The notes under the pieces were generated by a model that was not told the DNA's origin, searched no databases, and saw only the letters and a program-made list of their open reading frames with translations. 64,000 bases of DNA from Candidatus Obscuribacteraceae bacterium (GTDB lineage: Bacteria; Cyanobacteriota; Vampirovibrionia; Obscuribacterales; Obscuribacteraceae): contig JBGAHS010000001.1 in NCBI GenBank assembly GCA_044226015.1, positions 384,001-448,000 of the forward strand. The letters run 5' to 3'. Below are positions 9,710 to 20,104 of the stretch, piece after piece; position 1 is the first letter of the stretch, and each line of letters starts with the position of its first letter. Made by a program: the position numbers and the translations under genes.

Positions 9710-10243
9710 ATGAGCCGTGATGATTCTTTGAATATTGGGAGTTCGATTTGGAAGATTGTTGCTTCTGGTATTGTTCTTTTGAACTTCTGTCCGGCAGTTT
9801 CTGCCGATAGCGCCAAGACGATAGTTCGCGATCAGAAAGCAAAGCAAAAACTATTGGGGAAGCACAAGCTTGCGCTGCAGTGGATCAGTTGGGATAAATT
9901 TGGTTCAGCTGATGTTGTCGATGTTGCTGGACAGTTGCAGTTGAAGGGCGAGCAACTGGGCTCTGAGCAAGGGAAAATCAGCACCAGTTCACATCCTGGA
10001 ACTCCGGGAAATACAGGAGACTATCTCAAAATCGATGGTGTGGTAACAGAGATTGATGCTAAGCAATTCAAGTTCAAGGGTAAAATTCTGATGCGAGTTT
10101 CTAGCATCGCAGGGGGTAAAGAGTGTAAAAGAGATGGCGTTTTTACATTTGCGCTGAAGTCGCATCCAACATATTGGAGGATGCAGGAAATTCAGAATCC
10201 ATGTGACGAAGTCGTTGATTACGTAGATTTGTTCTGTCGCTAA
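9710..10243 (+). CDS. exported hypothetical protein
   Basis: Signal-peptide-like N-terminus; LQWISW and YWRMQEIQNPC motifs. Confidence 0.7.
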   Translation: MSRDDSLNIGSSIWKIVASGIVLLNFCPAVSADSAKTIVRDQKAKQKLLGKHKLALQWISWDKFGSADVVDVAGQLQLKGEQLGSEQGKISTSSHPGTPGNTGDYLKIDGVVTEIDAKQFKFKGKILMRVSSIAGGKECKRDGVFTFALKSHPTYWRMQEIQNPCDEVVDYVDLFCR

Positions 10244-10335
10244 CTAACGCGATTTTGCTTGTTTAGCGGGCGCACGTGAGTCCTATGTTATTGGTCCACT
10301 AGCTATGCCGAATTGAGATGGCAATCCCATCACAT

Positions 10336-11772
10336 CTATTCGCTCCACTTCGCCTCATCGGCTCCGAAAGGCTGTAGCAATGTCAAATCTTTTCTCGGCA
10401 TTTTATCGAAGCTAACCGCTGGAGCCAGTTCCGTTACTTTTCCGCAGCTAGTCATAAAGCTATGCAAGTTTGTCGGGTACTCATCCTTTTCGGGCATCTT
10501 CGAATATGCTTCAGGTGAGATGTATCCCAAGCTTTGAACCCACATAGCAGTTCTTGCCAGTGATACCTTCACGTGATACGAGCCGCCATGTTTAGCGCGC
10601 AACAGTAACGCCGCCATAGCTCCGGCAGACGCAAGATAGCCTGTCAGGAAATCATTCAAGTAAAATACCGGAGATAGTCGCGGCTTGTCGGCACCGCCCT
10701 CGGTGACTGCAAAGCCCGTGCCAACTTGCACGTTGTGGTCAAATCCTGGACGCAAAGCCCATGGACCGCTGTGCCCATAGGCATTGATAGATACGCAAAT
10801 CAAGCCTTGATGCTTTTCGACGAGATTCGCTACCTGCAATCCAAATCTTTGTGCAACTTCGGGGCGATATGAGCAAACAAAAACATCAGCATCGCTGATT
10901 AGACCTCGCATTCGTTCTAATGAAGTACTCTCGGTTAAAAGCAAGTATGCATTGCGCTTGCCGATGTTGACCAAAAGGTTTTGCGCTACGGTGTCTCGAT
11001 GATATGGTGAACTGATGTGCAAGACTTCAGCTCCGTATTGTGCCAGGCTGCGAGCGCTTCGCGGACCAGCAAGCACGTGTGTGAAGTCAACTACTCTAAT
11101 TCCATCCAGAGGAAACTCTGCTTTTTGCTCTAGCCCTTTGGGGCTGCCGTCGCCAACTTTCTCAATTTCCACTAATGGAGATGCCATCAACGCTAGTCCT
11201 TGAGGATGCTTCTCCCATTCTTGCTTGCTGCGTGCCACACACGCGGGCAATCCCAACGCCGAGAGTTTCTCTTCCAGATCGGCAGCGTCGTATTTCGCCA
11301 TTTCGCGTGCGATTGATTCTCTATTGTTTCCACAATCAAAAAAATTCAGGTAGCCTCTTTCGAGTTTAACGTAAGGTGGACCTGACTCAGTCATGATGTA
11401 GCGTCCATCTTTGCACTGATAGATTCCGTTTGTTGGAACAAATTCGGCACCTACGGACATGCTGTAATTTGACTGCCAGAGAAAATGAGTTGAATGCAAT
11501 GCGTGTATTGCATCAATAACGCTCACTTCCATTGAAGTGCTTTGTCCCGACCGATGATGCCAGGCTGACGCAGCTGCGATTCCTTCTGCTAAGAGTGCAT
11601 AGGCGGTTGCTTCAGCGAGATGATGAGGTGAACGGAGTAGTGGATCCGCTCCATGGAGCACTGCATCACCAGCGAAATCATCGAGCTTTAGTACTCTGGT
11701 GAGATCGGAAAGAGCTGTTAAGTCCTTGTTTCTGAGCGATCTTTGAACTGAAGTTTTAGTTTGTTCGGTCAC
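10336..11772 (-). CDS. CaiB/BaiF family III CoA-transferase
   Basis: PLDGIRVVDFTHVLAGP, GKRN, ADVFVCSYRP and GPWALRPGFD motifs. Start uncertain; the ORF extends to 11859. Confidence 0.9.
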   Translation of the reverse strand: MTEQTKTSVQRSLRNKDLTALSDLTRVLKLDDFAGDAVLHGADPLLRSPHHLAEATAYALLAEGIAAASAWHHRSGQSTSMEVSVIDAIHALHSTHFLWQSNYSMSVGAEFVPTNGIYQCKDGRYIMTESGPPYVKLERGYLNFFDCGNNRESIAREMAKYDAADLEEKLSALGLPACVARSKQEWEKHPQGLALMASPLVEIEKVGDGSPKGLEQKAEFPLDGIRVVDFTHVLAGPRSARSLAQYGAEVLHISSPYHRDTVAQNLLVNIGKRNAYLLLTESTSLERMRGLISDADVFVCSYRPEVAQRFGLQVANLVEKHQGLICVSINAYGHSGPWALRPGFDHNVQVGTGFAVTEGGADKPRLSPVFYLNDFLTGYLASAGAMAALLLRAKHGGSYHVKVSLARTAMWVQSLGYISPEAYSKMPEKDEYPTNLHSFMTSCGKVTELAPAVSFDKMPRKDLTLLQPFGADEAKWSE

Positions 11773-11998
11773 TTGGTTCGCGCCTTTTTTTAAGTGATAC
11801 CTGGCCTCATAAGCCATATACCCCTTTTGCGAATTGGCAGCATTGTAATTCGCTTTCATTTTTTTATGTCAGAAAGGCAGGTCTGAATTGCCATTGCATG
11901 GAAAACATCGTTGACCGCTTGTTGATTGATAGGAAACTAGTGTCATGAGGAATACAAGGTTTAGTCTTTCGTTAATACTCAAATTCGGGGTTGCGCAA

Positions 11999-13750
11999 AT
12001 GCCGAAAAGTACGAAACTTGGTCCTGAGACGCTAGAAAATAGAAGTCGAGTTGATTTTATTTCAGCTGTACAAGCTGGCAGAATTGAGGAAGTGAAGAAG
12101 TTTCTTGCAGATGGCATGTCTCCGAATGCACAAGATGCGATGCATCTTCTGGAGTCGTCCGACCCCAGCTTTAATAAGCGGGCTGCAATGAGTAATCGCT
12201 GTGTGGGTTTGTCTGCTTTGTCATCTGCCGCCTGTCTAGGTAATCTGGAGATGTGCACGATTCTTCTTGATGCCGGTGCCAATCCGAATATTCGTGAAAC
12301 GAGGCAAGCGATGCAGACACCATTGATGGTGGCGATACATAACGGGCAAGTAGCCGTCATGCACCTGTTGCTTGAACGTGGTGCGGATTGTTTCGCCTCG
12401 GATATAGTGGCTAACACTCCACTAAAACTTTGTCGATACCTGAAGAACCCGGAGGAGGCAAAGAGTGCGCTAGAGGCGGCATTGAAAGCGAATAGGGAAA
12501 AGATGACCTTAACCCAAGCAATCATTCATGGAGACACCGAGCGCCTCAAGGAATTGCTGCTTGCAGGAAATTCTCCCAACGTATTTCATTCAGACGGGTT
12601 CTCTGCATTGTTTTATGCCTGTCTGGTGGGAAATCTAGAGACCCTAGATTTGCTCTTAGAGAACGGTGCCGAAATAGATTTGGGTTCAAACGGAACTCAA
12701 ACACCAACTCTGGTATTGTCTTCTAAAGGCGAGGAGCTGAAAAAGGTTACGGCTTCAGAGTTCTTCCAAGAAAAGACAGGCAGAACTGTTTATAGCAACA
12801 GGCTTCTATTTGGGGAGGCTCCAATTTTTGCAGCGTGTGAGTTGGGGCGAATGGATATAGTCAGCCGAATGTTGAAAGCTGGTTGCGATGTAAATTGTCT
12901 AACCGAGGTTGGTAAAGTGTCACCACTTATGATGGCAATCTATTCGGAGAATCTCGAACTGGCTCAGTACCTCATTGACGTTGGTGCTGACTTGCAGCAT
13001 CGTGATTCGCGTGGTGCCTCTGTTTTGGAGTGGGCTTCGAAAGCTGCTCCGGGGTCTGGAATGCGCAACTTGATTCGCGATGCCTTGGGTCTTAAAAATG
13101 CCGCCGTTGATTTTAAAGCTGAATTCAAAAAGTTCAAAGATGTGGAGGCTTCAACGGAATTCAAAGATGCTTTGGCTTATTTGATGAACGTTTGCCAAAA
13201 CAAAACTGCCTACCCGTGGAAAAAGAAAAAGGGCGTATATCGGCTTTATGTTAATGAGAAAGCCTGGGACAACATTGCACAAGTCTTCGGCAAAGGGTCT
13301 GATTACATCAAGGGTGCAAAAAAAGAGGCGAAGCAGCAACTCAAGAATGAACTTGCTGATATGTTGCAGGACGAAATTCGCAAACGAGGCTTTTTGCTTG
13401 TCTCTCATAGAGATGAGCAGGGCTCTGCGATGCAACTGCTTTTTCCAAGTTCAAACAAATACGCCGTGCTTGCTGCGTGCGGTACAAATGGTGATAACTA
13501 TGGGCGCGATAACAGTGAAATCATTCAACTGCTGACGGAGTTGGAGGAAAAGCAAGCGTTTGTTTTATCTGAATGCACGCACGATGCGGTTGGAGGTCGG
13601 TTTATTGAGAAACTATCTTCGCCAGAAGCACTCTCCCAGTTTCTCTATTCAATTTGTCCTGATTTAATTGATGGAGAATCAGTTTGCGATGAAGGAGATT
13701 TAGCCAAGCAATTGAGAGAGCAGAATAGGTTTTATTTATGGTGGAGCTAG
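11999..13750 (+). CDS. ankyrin-repeat protein with C-terminal DUF4253-like domain
   Basis: Several TPL/xxA...LLxxGA ankyrin repeats; C-terminal GTNGDNY...CPDLID...FYLWW. Confidence 0.82.
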   Translation: MPKSTKLGPETLENRSRVDFISAVQAGRIEEVKKFLADGMSPNAQDAMHLLESSDPSFNKRAAMSNRCVGLSALSSAACLGNLEMCTILLDAGANPNIRETRQAMQTPLMVAIHNGQVAVMHLLLERGADCFASDIVANTPLKLCRYLKNPEEAKSALEAALKANREKMTLTQAIIHGDTERLKELLLAGNSPNVFHSDGFSALFYACLVGNLETLDLLLENGAEIDLGSNGTQTPTLVLSSKGEELKKVTASEFFQEKTGRTVYSNRLLFGEAPIFAACELGRMDIVSRMLKAGCDVNCLTEVGKVSPLMMAIYSENLELAQYLIDVGADLQHRDSRGASVLEWASKAAPGSGMRNLIRDALGLKNAAVDFKAEFKKFKDVEASTEFKDALAYLMNVCQNKTAYPWKKKKGVYRLYVNEKAWDNIAQVFGKGSDYIKGAKKEAKQQLKNELADMLQDEIRKRGFLLVSHRDEQGSAMQLLFPSSNKYAVLAACGTNGDNYGRDNSEIIQLLTELEEKQAFVLSECTHDAVGGRFIEKLSSPEALSQFLYSICPDLIDGESVCDEGDLAKQLREQNRFYLWWS

Positions 13751-13808
13751 AATGAGTACGCTGTTGGTATCTTCGAGTTTCTGTTTAGTTCTTTAGTGGA
13801 TCTGGTCG

Positions 13809-14345
13809 ATGACGAGTGAGGCAGGTTATTTTCTTTGCGGCAAGCGAATTGGTTTTCGCTGGTGGACTGACGATGATTTCGAATTAGCAAAAGGGCTTTG
13901 GGGCGACCCATCCGTAACTCGTTTGTTCTCGAAAGAGCCTCTAAGTGACCTGCAAATTCGTGAGCGTTTGCAGGCGGAGATCAAAAGAGCCGATGAGCAT
14001 AAAATGCAATATTGGCCGATGTTCGAATTGGCAACGGGGCTGCATATTGGTTGTGGTGGATTTCGTCCATACCGAGCCGATGAACAGATTTACGAACTAG
14101 GTTTTCATCTTCGCCCGGCTTTTTGGGGAAAAGGACTAGCTTCTGAGGCAGGCAAGACTTTAATCGAATATGGATTCGGGCAGCTTTCTGCAAAAGCAAT
14201 TTTTGCTGGGCACCACCCCGATAATCTTCCTTCTCAAGCGGTTTTGTTGAAGCTAGGTTTCGAGGAAATTGGAAAAGAGCTGTATCCACCCACGGGACTT
14301 CTGCACCCCTCGTACATGTTGCGTGCGTGTCCAACCGTCCGCTGA
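13809..14345 (+). CDS. GNAT N-acetyltransferase (RimJ/RimL type)
   Basis: ELGFHLRPAFWGKGLASEA and NLPSQAVLLKLGF motifs. Confidence 0.9.
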   Translation: MTSEAGYFLCGKRIGFRWWTDDDFELAKGLWGDPSVTRLFSKEPLSDLQIRERLQAEIKRADEHKMQYWPMFELATGLHIGCGGFRPYRADEQIYELGFHLRPAFWGKGLASEAGKTLIEYGFGQLSAKAIFAGHHPDNLPSQAVLLKLGFEEIGKELYPPTGLLHPSYMLRACPTVR

Positions 14346-14364
14346 AGATCACTACACTTTTGTA

Positions 14365-14392
14365 TTGCGCATTCTTCGTGCTGTGTTATATT
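14365..14392 (+). promoter_or_regulatory. putative sigma70 promoter
   Basis: TTGCGC-16 nt-TATATT with a TG extended -10 element, upstream of a short leader ORF. Confidence 0.4.
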
Positions 14393-14422
14393 GAAATAGT
14401 TGACCGCATGGAGGATATAACC

Positions 14423-14452
14423 ATGCTTACTTTAATTGCAGGCTGTCTTTAG
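14423..14452 (+). CDS. putative 9-aa leader peptide MLTLIAGCL
   Basis: Perfect GGAGG RBS 8 nt upstream; followed by hairpins before the next gene. Confidence 0.4.
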   Translation: MLTLIAGCL

Positions 14453-14582
14453 CACTGCCATATCTCCGTTAAATTTGCGACTCACTGCGTAGCGCGTCCT
14501 TGCGATTCAATGTAAGGACGCTGGCTAATCTTGGCAAAAGCAAGGCTGTGTTCGAGCACAGCTCATAGGAGTTCGCAATTAT

Positions 14583-15920
14583 ATGAAACCAAGGAAATTG
14601 AAAAAGCGTGAGTTTGCTCGCGCCCTTCGACATGGTCACGGAAGCGCTTTTTTACATGTTAAAGAGTACGGTGATGAGTCCATAGCTAATCACCTATTAA
14701 ATGCTTGCCTCCGCAACTTGATTTTCGATCGACAGTTTGAAAACGGGCGAGCCAGTTGGCTGGCGCGAATGGTCGATGCAACTGGCAGGGCAGAATATTA
14801 TGCCGAGGAGGTGGCGACAGCTCTGCGATCCTGCAAATTTGAGGAGTACTCTGACCTTCAACAATTGCTTGAACTGGCGGTGGAATTTTTTGAAAGAGGT
14901 TTCAGCGAATTCAAAACAATTTTGCTTGATCCTTCATTAGCGGCAAACTATAAGGAGCTTGCTTTATTGCCTTATGGTCGCGCAATTGCGGATCTAGCTG
15001 GTCTTTCCGGATTTGAGAGTGCCTGCCAGTTCATGGCTGGTGCAGAGGTCGATGAGTATGAAAAGTTCTGTATGTATGAACATGGTAGAAAGTTTTTTGA
15101 TGAGCAGGCTGAGCTTGACTCTTTTCTTGATGAATGTGCTGCGATGGACGAATTGATTGCAAAGTTTTGGCAAGAGGTTAAGGCAGAGCGTTCGCGAAGC
15201 AAACTAATCAAGCAAGCCCCAGCAGAGAGGAAAATAGCGACTCTCGGCGAGCTTATAGGTGAATTTGAAAATGATGAGGGAACCAGGCGGTTGGAGTTCA
15301 AATTCTCTCGCTTTGGGAAGACCGCAAGCAAAACCGATTTAGAAAACGTGCTCAAGCTCATAGAGCGTGAAACGAATAACAGACGAATTTTGTGTTACCT
15401 CTCGGTGTTTAGATTCGTCGCACCGCCAGCGGTATCGAGTAGCTTTTTGAATCTGATGTTCTCGAATGACCGGAAGATCAGATATGCTGCCTCATCTGCT
15501 CTTCGAAACTTGCAAGGCCCTGCTGTCCGAAAAGCAGCGCTGAAAGCTCTCAAGAGTGAGCGGCAGGAGTTTGTTTCGGCTGGATTCAAGGTCTTTCTAA
15601 AAAACTACAAATCCTGCGATGTTGATGTTCTGAACAGTGCGTTTGTCAGGCTGAAGGATCCGGACCACATTCATTGGGTGGTTATGGACATAAAAGCCAT
15701 CGCAGCGGAGAGCTCTGACTTTGCCCTTGCTCCACTTCTGCACCATTGTTTTTATTCGACGCCATGCTCATATTGTCGTAAGGTTGTTCTTGAGTTACTA
15801 CTGGAATGGCAGCTGACTCCAGCTCAGATGCTATATGAAGGTCAATGGGACAGCGAAATTGAAATAAGAAACATCGCAAGAGCACAGATTGGAAAAGCAG
15901 AACCTTGCATGGGTATGTAG
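14583..15920 (+). CDS. hypothetical protein with HEAT-like repeats
   Basis: RBS AGGAG; DRKIRYAASSAL and VRKAALKAL HEAT-like helices; PCSYCR motif. Confidence 0.7.
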   Translation: MKPRKLKKREFARALRHGHGSAFLHVKEYGDESIANHLLNACLRNLIFDRQFENGRASWLARMVDATGRAEYYAEEVATALRSCKFEEYSDLQQLLELAVEFFERGFSEFKTILLDPSLAANYKELALLPYGRAIADLAGLSGFESACQFMAGAEVDEYEKFCMYEHGRKFFDEQAELDSFLDECAAMDELIAKFWQEVKAERSRSKLIKQAPAERKIATLGELIGEFENDEGTRRLEFKFSRFGKTASKTDLENVLKLIERETNNRRILCYLSVFRFVAPPAVSSSFLNLMFSNDRKIRYAASSALRNLQGPAVRKAALKALKSERQEFVSAGFKVFLKNYKSCDVDVLNSAFVRLKDPDHIHWVVMDIKAIAAESSDFALAPLLHHCFYSTPCSYCRKVVLELLLEWQLTPAQMLYEGQWDSEIEIRNIARAQIGKAEPCMGM

Positions 15921-16171
15921 AGCTATTGCCTCATCTCAGCGCAACTATGATGGCTAAATGAGATGGGCGGTTCGCTCTGTAATTTTAGATTCACCATGAA
16001 GTTGAAAGCAGGTGAAACTTTTGAGCCGACAAAAAGAATAATTAAAAAGCAAATGCTACAAACTATATTTCGCGGTTGAATAGCTGGAAGAAACGCAGTC
16101 ATTAGTCCTCGGCTTTTGGTGCGATAACCTTCCTATTTTATCATTTCGAGCTGCTGAGCATGTCATGTTCG

Positions 16172-16474
16172 CTATCGCTCAGCACACTCGTTCGTCAAGT
16201 CTGCTTCGGAATCACATGTGTCCAAATAGTTTTGATTAACCAGGCTGCACCAATATTTTAGAGCTCTCTGAAAAGCCTCATGTTCAAGTTCTACGGTTGT
16301 GAGCTTGTTATTGTGCACCTTTGTTATTACGTCGACAGCGCCGTGTCCGTCTACGCGAGATTCTAGCTCATGCTTGAGTCTCGCTAGTTCTTTTTTTGAG
16401 CTTTCATTCAGTCGGTGCTCGAACTCTTCTGAGCAGTGGCTCTGTGATTTAGCAATTTTGGATTTCTTTCTCAT
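16172..16474 (-). CDS. small basic hypothetical protein (EHE..F..AL.YWC), paralogue of 19419-19679
   Basis: RBS GAGGT; motif shared with the upstream paralogue. Confidence 0.65.
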   Translation of the reverse strand: MRKKSKIAKSQSHCSEEFEHRLNESSKKELARLKHELESRVDGHGAVDVITKVHNNKLTTVELEHEAFQRALKYWCSLVNQNYLDTCDSEADLTNECAER

Positions 16475-16604
16475 AGCCACCTCGCTGTTGTTTTGCAAAG
16501 TCTATTGAATTACTCTAGCACTCGGTTTTACGCTCGCCATCCTTCTCGCAAATGGCTTTTTACCGAGTGGGAGGGATGCTCGTTTTGACATTTGAGCCTG
16601 TGCT

Positions 16605-17066
16605 CTATTGAGCTGTAACAACTATCGGGAAAGTATAGGTTTTGCTGAACTTCAACAGGGTGTTGCTTCCAACGTTAAATCCATAGACGAAAATTGGAGC
16701 TGGCAACCTGACTTGGGAGTAACAAGTGACTTGAACGTACGGACTGGTGTTTGCGGGAGGAACTCCGCCGAAATCGTTGTAGACAAATTTGCTAACGTCT
16801 ACAATTGGTGAGCTAACAAAGTAACCGTCCCCTCGATAGCAGTTTACGGCCGTTTTTGCTAGCAGAAGACTATCCTGGTAGTTGTTGCATTGGGCTGACA
16901 TGCGAGCGGCATCTCTGCAGGCTCTTTCGGTTAACGATGAGCCGATCGCGAGAATCAACATGTTCAGGCAAAATAGAGTCATCACAATCAATAGAACGCA
17001 GACGACCGCGAATTCCAGAATGGCGCCGCCTTTCTTATTTCTGTTTAGAAAACGCATTGTGTTCAT
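16605..17066 (-). CDS. TadE-like pseudopilin
   Basis: KKGGAILEFAVV prepilin site, hydrophobic helix, ACRDAAR. Confidence 0.85.
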   Translation of the reverse strand: MNTMRFLNRNKKGGAILEFAVVCVLLIVMTLFCLNMLILAIGSSLTERACRDAARMSAQCNNYQDSLLLAKTAVNCYRGDGYFVSSPIVDVSKFVYNDFGGVPPANTSPYVQVTCYSQVRLPAPIFVYGFNVGSNTLLKFSKTYTFPIVVTAQ

Positions 17067-17071
17067 TTTGC

Positions 17072-18811
17072 TTACCTCACAAGTTGCACGAGGCAGCGAG
17101 CTACATGTTCAAACGTATAGCGAAGTTGTTTTGCATCTGTAACCAGATAGAAGTGACCTCCGTTTCCAGCAATGGCAGCCATGCCGCCAGTTGTTGGGTT
17201 AGAGTTTGTATCGTTTAATATCGATGTCTCTCCTGGAATTATCTCGGGATTTTGAGCTAGCCCAATGGTGTAAATTGGAATGCCTGCCGTTTTCGCCTGG
17301 ACGGCCGCCAGCCTTGCGTTAGACCACGGGTCTGAACTTAGAGGTCCGCCGGTGGTCGGCTGTCCATCAGTAAATAGGACGATTGCCCTGCGCGAACCAA
17401 CCCTGCTTTGATTTTTCAATTGAGTAACAGCTTTGGAAACGGCATCTCCGATATTGGTAGATGTGCAGGCAGTCAAGGTCGGAATCTGCGCTATGACAGT
17501 CGAATAGTTGCTTACTGTGGGGGAGACGTTCAAGCTTATGTTCGGCAGGGGGACTTGCACTGTTCCGGCAGGGAAGCTGGAGTCGATTTTATTTTCGCTA
17601 TAAGTTCCGCTTGGGCTGCTGCCTGCATTGTCGGCGAAGGCAATCAAACCGAAATGAGCATCTGTATTTGTGTTTAGAATTTGGAAAAAAGCATTAGATG
17701 CCTCTTTTGCTGCCGCGATTGGTTGCGAGAGTGCTGTCGCCAACTCGAAGTATTTGCTTTGGTAACCACTGCGAGCTTGAATATTACTTGGAACGCCAGT
17801 GTATGCTTTGCTTGAGTTGAATGATGCAGCATCATCTAGGTTGCCGCGCGAAGCTTCTACCAGGGTTGCGACGTTTGGAAACTGATAGCCATCGCTCGAT
17901 GTGTAACCTGCAAAGGTTTTCTTTCCGTCAAGGTTTACAACCATGTCCGTAAATGTCTGTGCCGTTCCTGTAGAAACATTGCTTGGAGGATAGTTTCCTG
18001 GTGGAGTCCCTTTGTCTGCGCTTCCTCTCAACTTAGCACTGAAGGTCAAAGGGTATTTGACTCCACTATTTGCAAGCCCTAAATACTCGGGGTATTTGGT
18101 ATTAACTCTGGTGCCAGTTGCGGGGGCTCCAAGAATGTCATAAATGGTGCCGCATGCAGTGCCTCCGACCGGCGATCCGTTGCTGCTAGTCATTGTGTAA
18201 ACGATTTTGGAATCGGCAGATTGCCATTGTCTTTTGACGAAACTAACATTTGTTTGATCATCAATTGAGCCAGAAATGTCAAAACATACAACAATGTCCA
18301 GGTCAGGCACTCCTGCAAGAGCCTGTGTTTGCAAGCAAACCGAGGGTAGCTTCAGGTAAGAAAAAGCTGCTTCAAGTCCGAGGCTTCCCGTCAGTTTCAA
18401 CACTTTCCCTGCAGGATTGCCGAGTTGAACTTCGACATTATCGTGGTTGGGGTCCAGCAGCTGAACATAGACAGAGGAGCATCCGGCGGCTGGCTTGTAT
18501 TGCGGACTGCTGGTTAAAACAGCGTTCTTGAGGTCATACCCAGTTACAGTGTTTTGTTGAAACATCTTCAAGGCGGTCTCAATCGCATTTGTTTGAGCCT
18601 GGCTTGTGTCGATAATGTCGCTGCCTGCCAGGGTGGCTGCTCCGGCAAGAGCTGCCGCTTCTGTAGCTGCGCGGAGTTGGTTGCGCGCCGTCTCGACTCT
18701 TGCGATCTCAAAACCAAAGGTACCAATGAGTAACAGCACCATCACCGCAATGCCCATACCAAGTAGTACGATCATTTGTCCTTTTCTTCTGCGTATGGCT
18801 GCAGTTTTCAT
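17072..18811 (-). CDS. TadG-like protein with VWA domain
   Basis: RRKGQMIVL..., QLRAATEAAALAGA, MIDAS DISGS, TNIGDA and VLFTDG; ATGA overlap with the upstream gene. Confidence 0.88.
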   Translation of the reverse strand: MKTAAIRRRKGQMIVLLGMGIAVMVLLLIGTFGFEIARVETARNQLRAATEAAALAGAATLAGSDIIDTSQAQTNAIETALKMFQQNTVTGYDLKNAVLTSSPQYKPAAGCSSVYVQLLDPNHDNVEVQLGNPAGKVLKLTGSLGLEAAFSYLKLPSVCLQTQALAGVPDLDIVVCFDISGSIDDQTNVSFVKRQWQSADSKIVYTMTSSNGSPVGGTACGTIYDILGAPATGTRVNTKYPEYLGLANSGVKYPLTFSAKLRGSADKGTPPGNYPPSNVSTGTAQTFTDMVVNLDGKKTFAGYTSSDGYQFPNVATLVEASRGNLDDAASFNSSKAYTGVPSNIQARSGYQSKYFELATALSQPIAAAKEASNAFFQILNTNTDAHFGLIAFADNAGSSPSGTYSENKIDSSFPAGTVQVPLPNISLNVSPTVSNYSTVIAQIPTLTACTSTNIGDAVSKAVTQLKNQSRVGSRRAIVLFTDGQPTTGGPLSSDPWSNARLAAVQAKTAGIPIYTIGLAQNPEIIPGETSILNDTNSNPTTGGMAAIAGNGGHFYLVTDAKQLRYTFEHVARCLVQLVR

Positions 18812-19371
18812 TGGTTTAACCCTTGTGGATTTTCGAAGAAGTCTTTTGAGCAAACTGAAACTTTAATCGGAGCAGTTAGTCCTGGAATATTCTGCAAGCG
18901 CGCATTTTCTAACTTGAGAATTGGTTGAGCCTGTCCATTAACCACAACTTCAATTTGGTAGGCATAGGTGGACGTGTCGGCAGGTTGTGCCAGCGCCTTG
19001 CTTTGCTTGCTTACAGTTCCATCAGCTAATTTTGTGATGATTATGTTTGTGTTGACTGATGTTACTGAGATTTCGTTGAATTGTTGGGCTGCACCCTCAG
19101 CGACAGATTTTGAGGTGTGAATAGCTGATTGTTTAGTGCTGGAAACATCAGTTTCGAAAGTTCTGCATCGCGATGCCGCAAATGCAGCATCTCTTGATGC
19201 AGCGACCAGGAAACTGTATCTGATGGAAAACGACACCATAATTACTAGCGGAATCATCAAACCGCAGAAGAGCAGCCAAAGTACGATTGGTAGTTCAGCA
19301 GCGACAGAGGCTAGTGGTGTAAGCCTGCTTTCCCGCATGCTTTTCTCTTTCGGTTGTGTGTAAATAAACAT
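18808..19371 (-). CDS. TadE-like pseudopilin
   Basis: AAELPIVLW hydrophobic segment and ASRDAA; start may be 19338. Confidence 0.7.
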   Translation of the reverse strand: MFIYTQPKEKSMRESRLTPLASVAAELPIVLWLLFCGLMIPLVIMVSFSIRYSFLVAASRDAAFAASRCRTFETDVSSTKQSAIHTSKSVAEGAAQQFNEISVTSVNTNIIITKLADGTVSKQSKALAQPADTSTYAYQIEVVVNGQAQPILKLENARLQNIPGLTAPIKVSVCSKDFFENPQGLNQ

Positions 19372-19418
19372 AGCTAGTCACCTCTCAGTAAGAGGATGCG
19401 CCCTCTGAAAGGTTCAAT

Positions 19419-19679
19419 TCAGTCCGTGGATGGCTCGCACCAATAATGGAGCGCTTCCACAAAAACCTCGTGCTCATGATTCCTTTGCGTAGAATTCTTT
19501 CTCTGCATCTTGGTGATCAAGTCACTTGAGCCTGTGTTGTGTTTATGATTCTCGTGATATTCACGCTCTTGAATCAGTCTGGGAAGTTCTGTTCCATCGA
19601 GAGCTTTGCGTTGAGGCTTTTCTCTGCGATTCTTATTAGCTCGACGTGGAAGCTTAGCTGATCTAGATTTTCTTGGCAT
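19419..19679 (-). CDS. small basic hypothetical protein (EHE..F..AL.YWC)
   Basis: RBS AGGAG; paralogue of 16172-16474. Confidence 0.65.
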   Translation of the reverse strand: MPRKSRSAKLPRRANKNRREKPQRKALDGTELPRLIQEREYHENHKHNTGSSDLITKMQRKNSTQRNHEHEVFVEALHYWCEPSTD

Positions 19680-19841
19680 GATGCTTCTCCTTGTATGTCG
19701 ACTATAATTCGAAAATACCATTTAGCCCGGTATTCCTTCATCAATCTAGGGATTGGAAGCTAATCCCCCAAATAAGGGATACCAACCAATTCATTTCATA
19801 CCAGCTTGTTTCGATTGCAGTTATAAGGGAACTGGGGCGTC

Positions 19842-19880
19842 GCTTCACGAGTGGGATTGCTGCTTCACGAGTGGGATTGC
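19842..19880. repeat. tandem 19-bp exact direct repeat
   Basis: GCTTCACGAGTGGGATTGC at 19842-19860 and 19862-19880. Confidence 0.9.
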
Positions 19881-20104
19881 AGGCTTCCGGCCGGCATCGG
19901 AGTCAAAGAGAGCGCCGGATACGGAATGCCACTGCGGGATCCCGTGAGAACTCTCCTCGTCTGAGAATCCTGATGGGCGCTCTCGCAGTCCTGCAAAGGT
20001 AGCAGGGGCGGCAATTTGGGAATTTCACGAAGCCCATGCGGCGATCACACCTTCCCCCAGCGCCCCTGAGCGGGTAGCATAGTGGGTGGTATGGAGTGCT
20101 AATT

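Noticed and set aside
5963..16000. Intact integrative element or prophage at ssrA
   Set aside because: No integrase, phage genes or convincing duplicate of the ssrA 3' end; the 9-nt match at ~6873 lies inside a CDS.
18808..18853. Frameshift or long overlap between tadE-like and tadG-like genes
   Set aside because: Resolved by starting tadG at ATG 18811, giving a normal ATGA overlap.
19842..19880. CRISPR array
   Set aside because: Only two 19-bp copies separated by 1 nt; no spacers and no cas genes.
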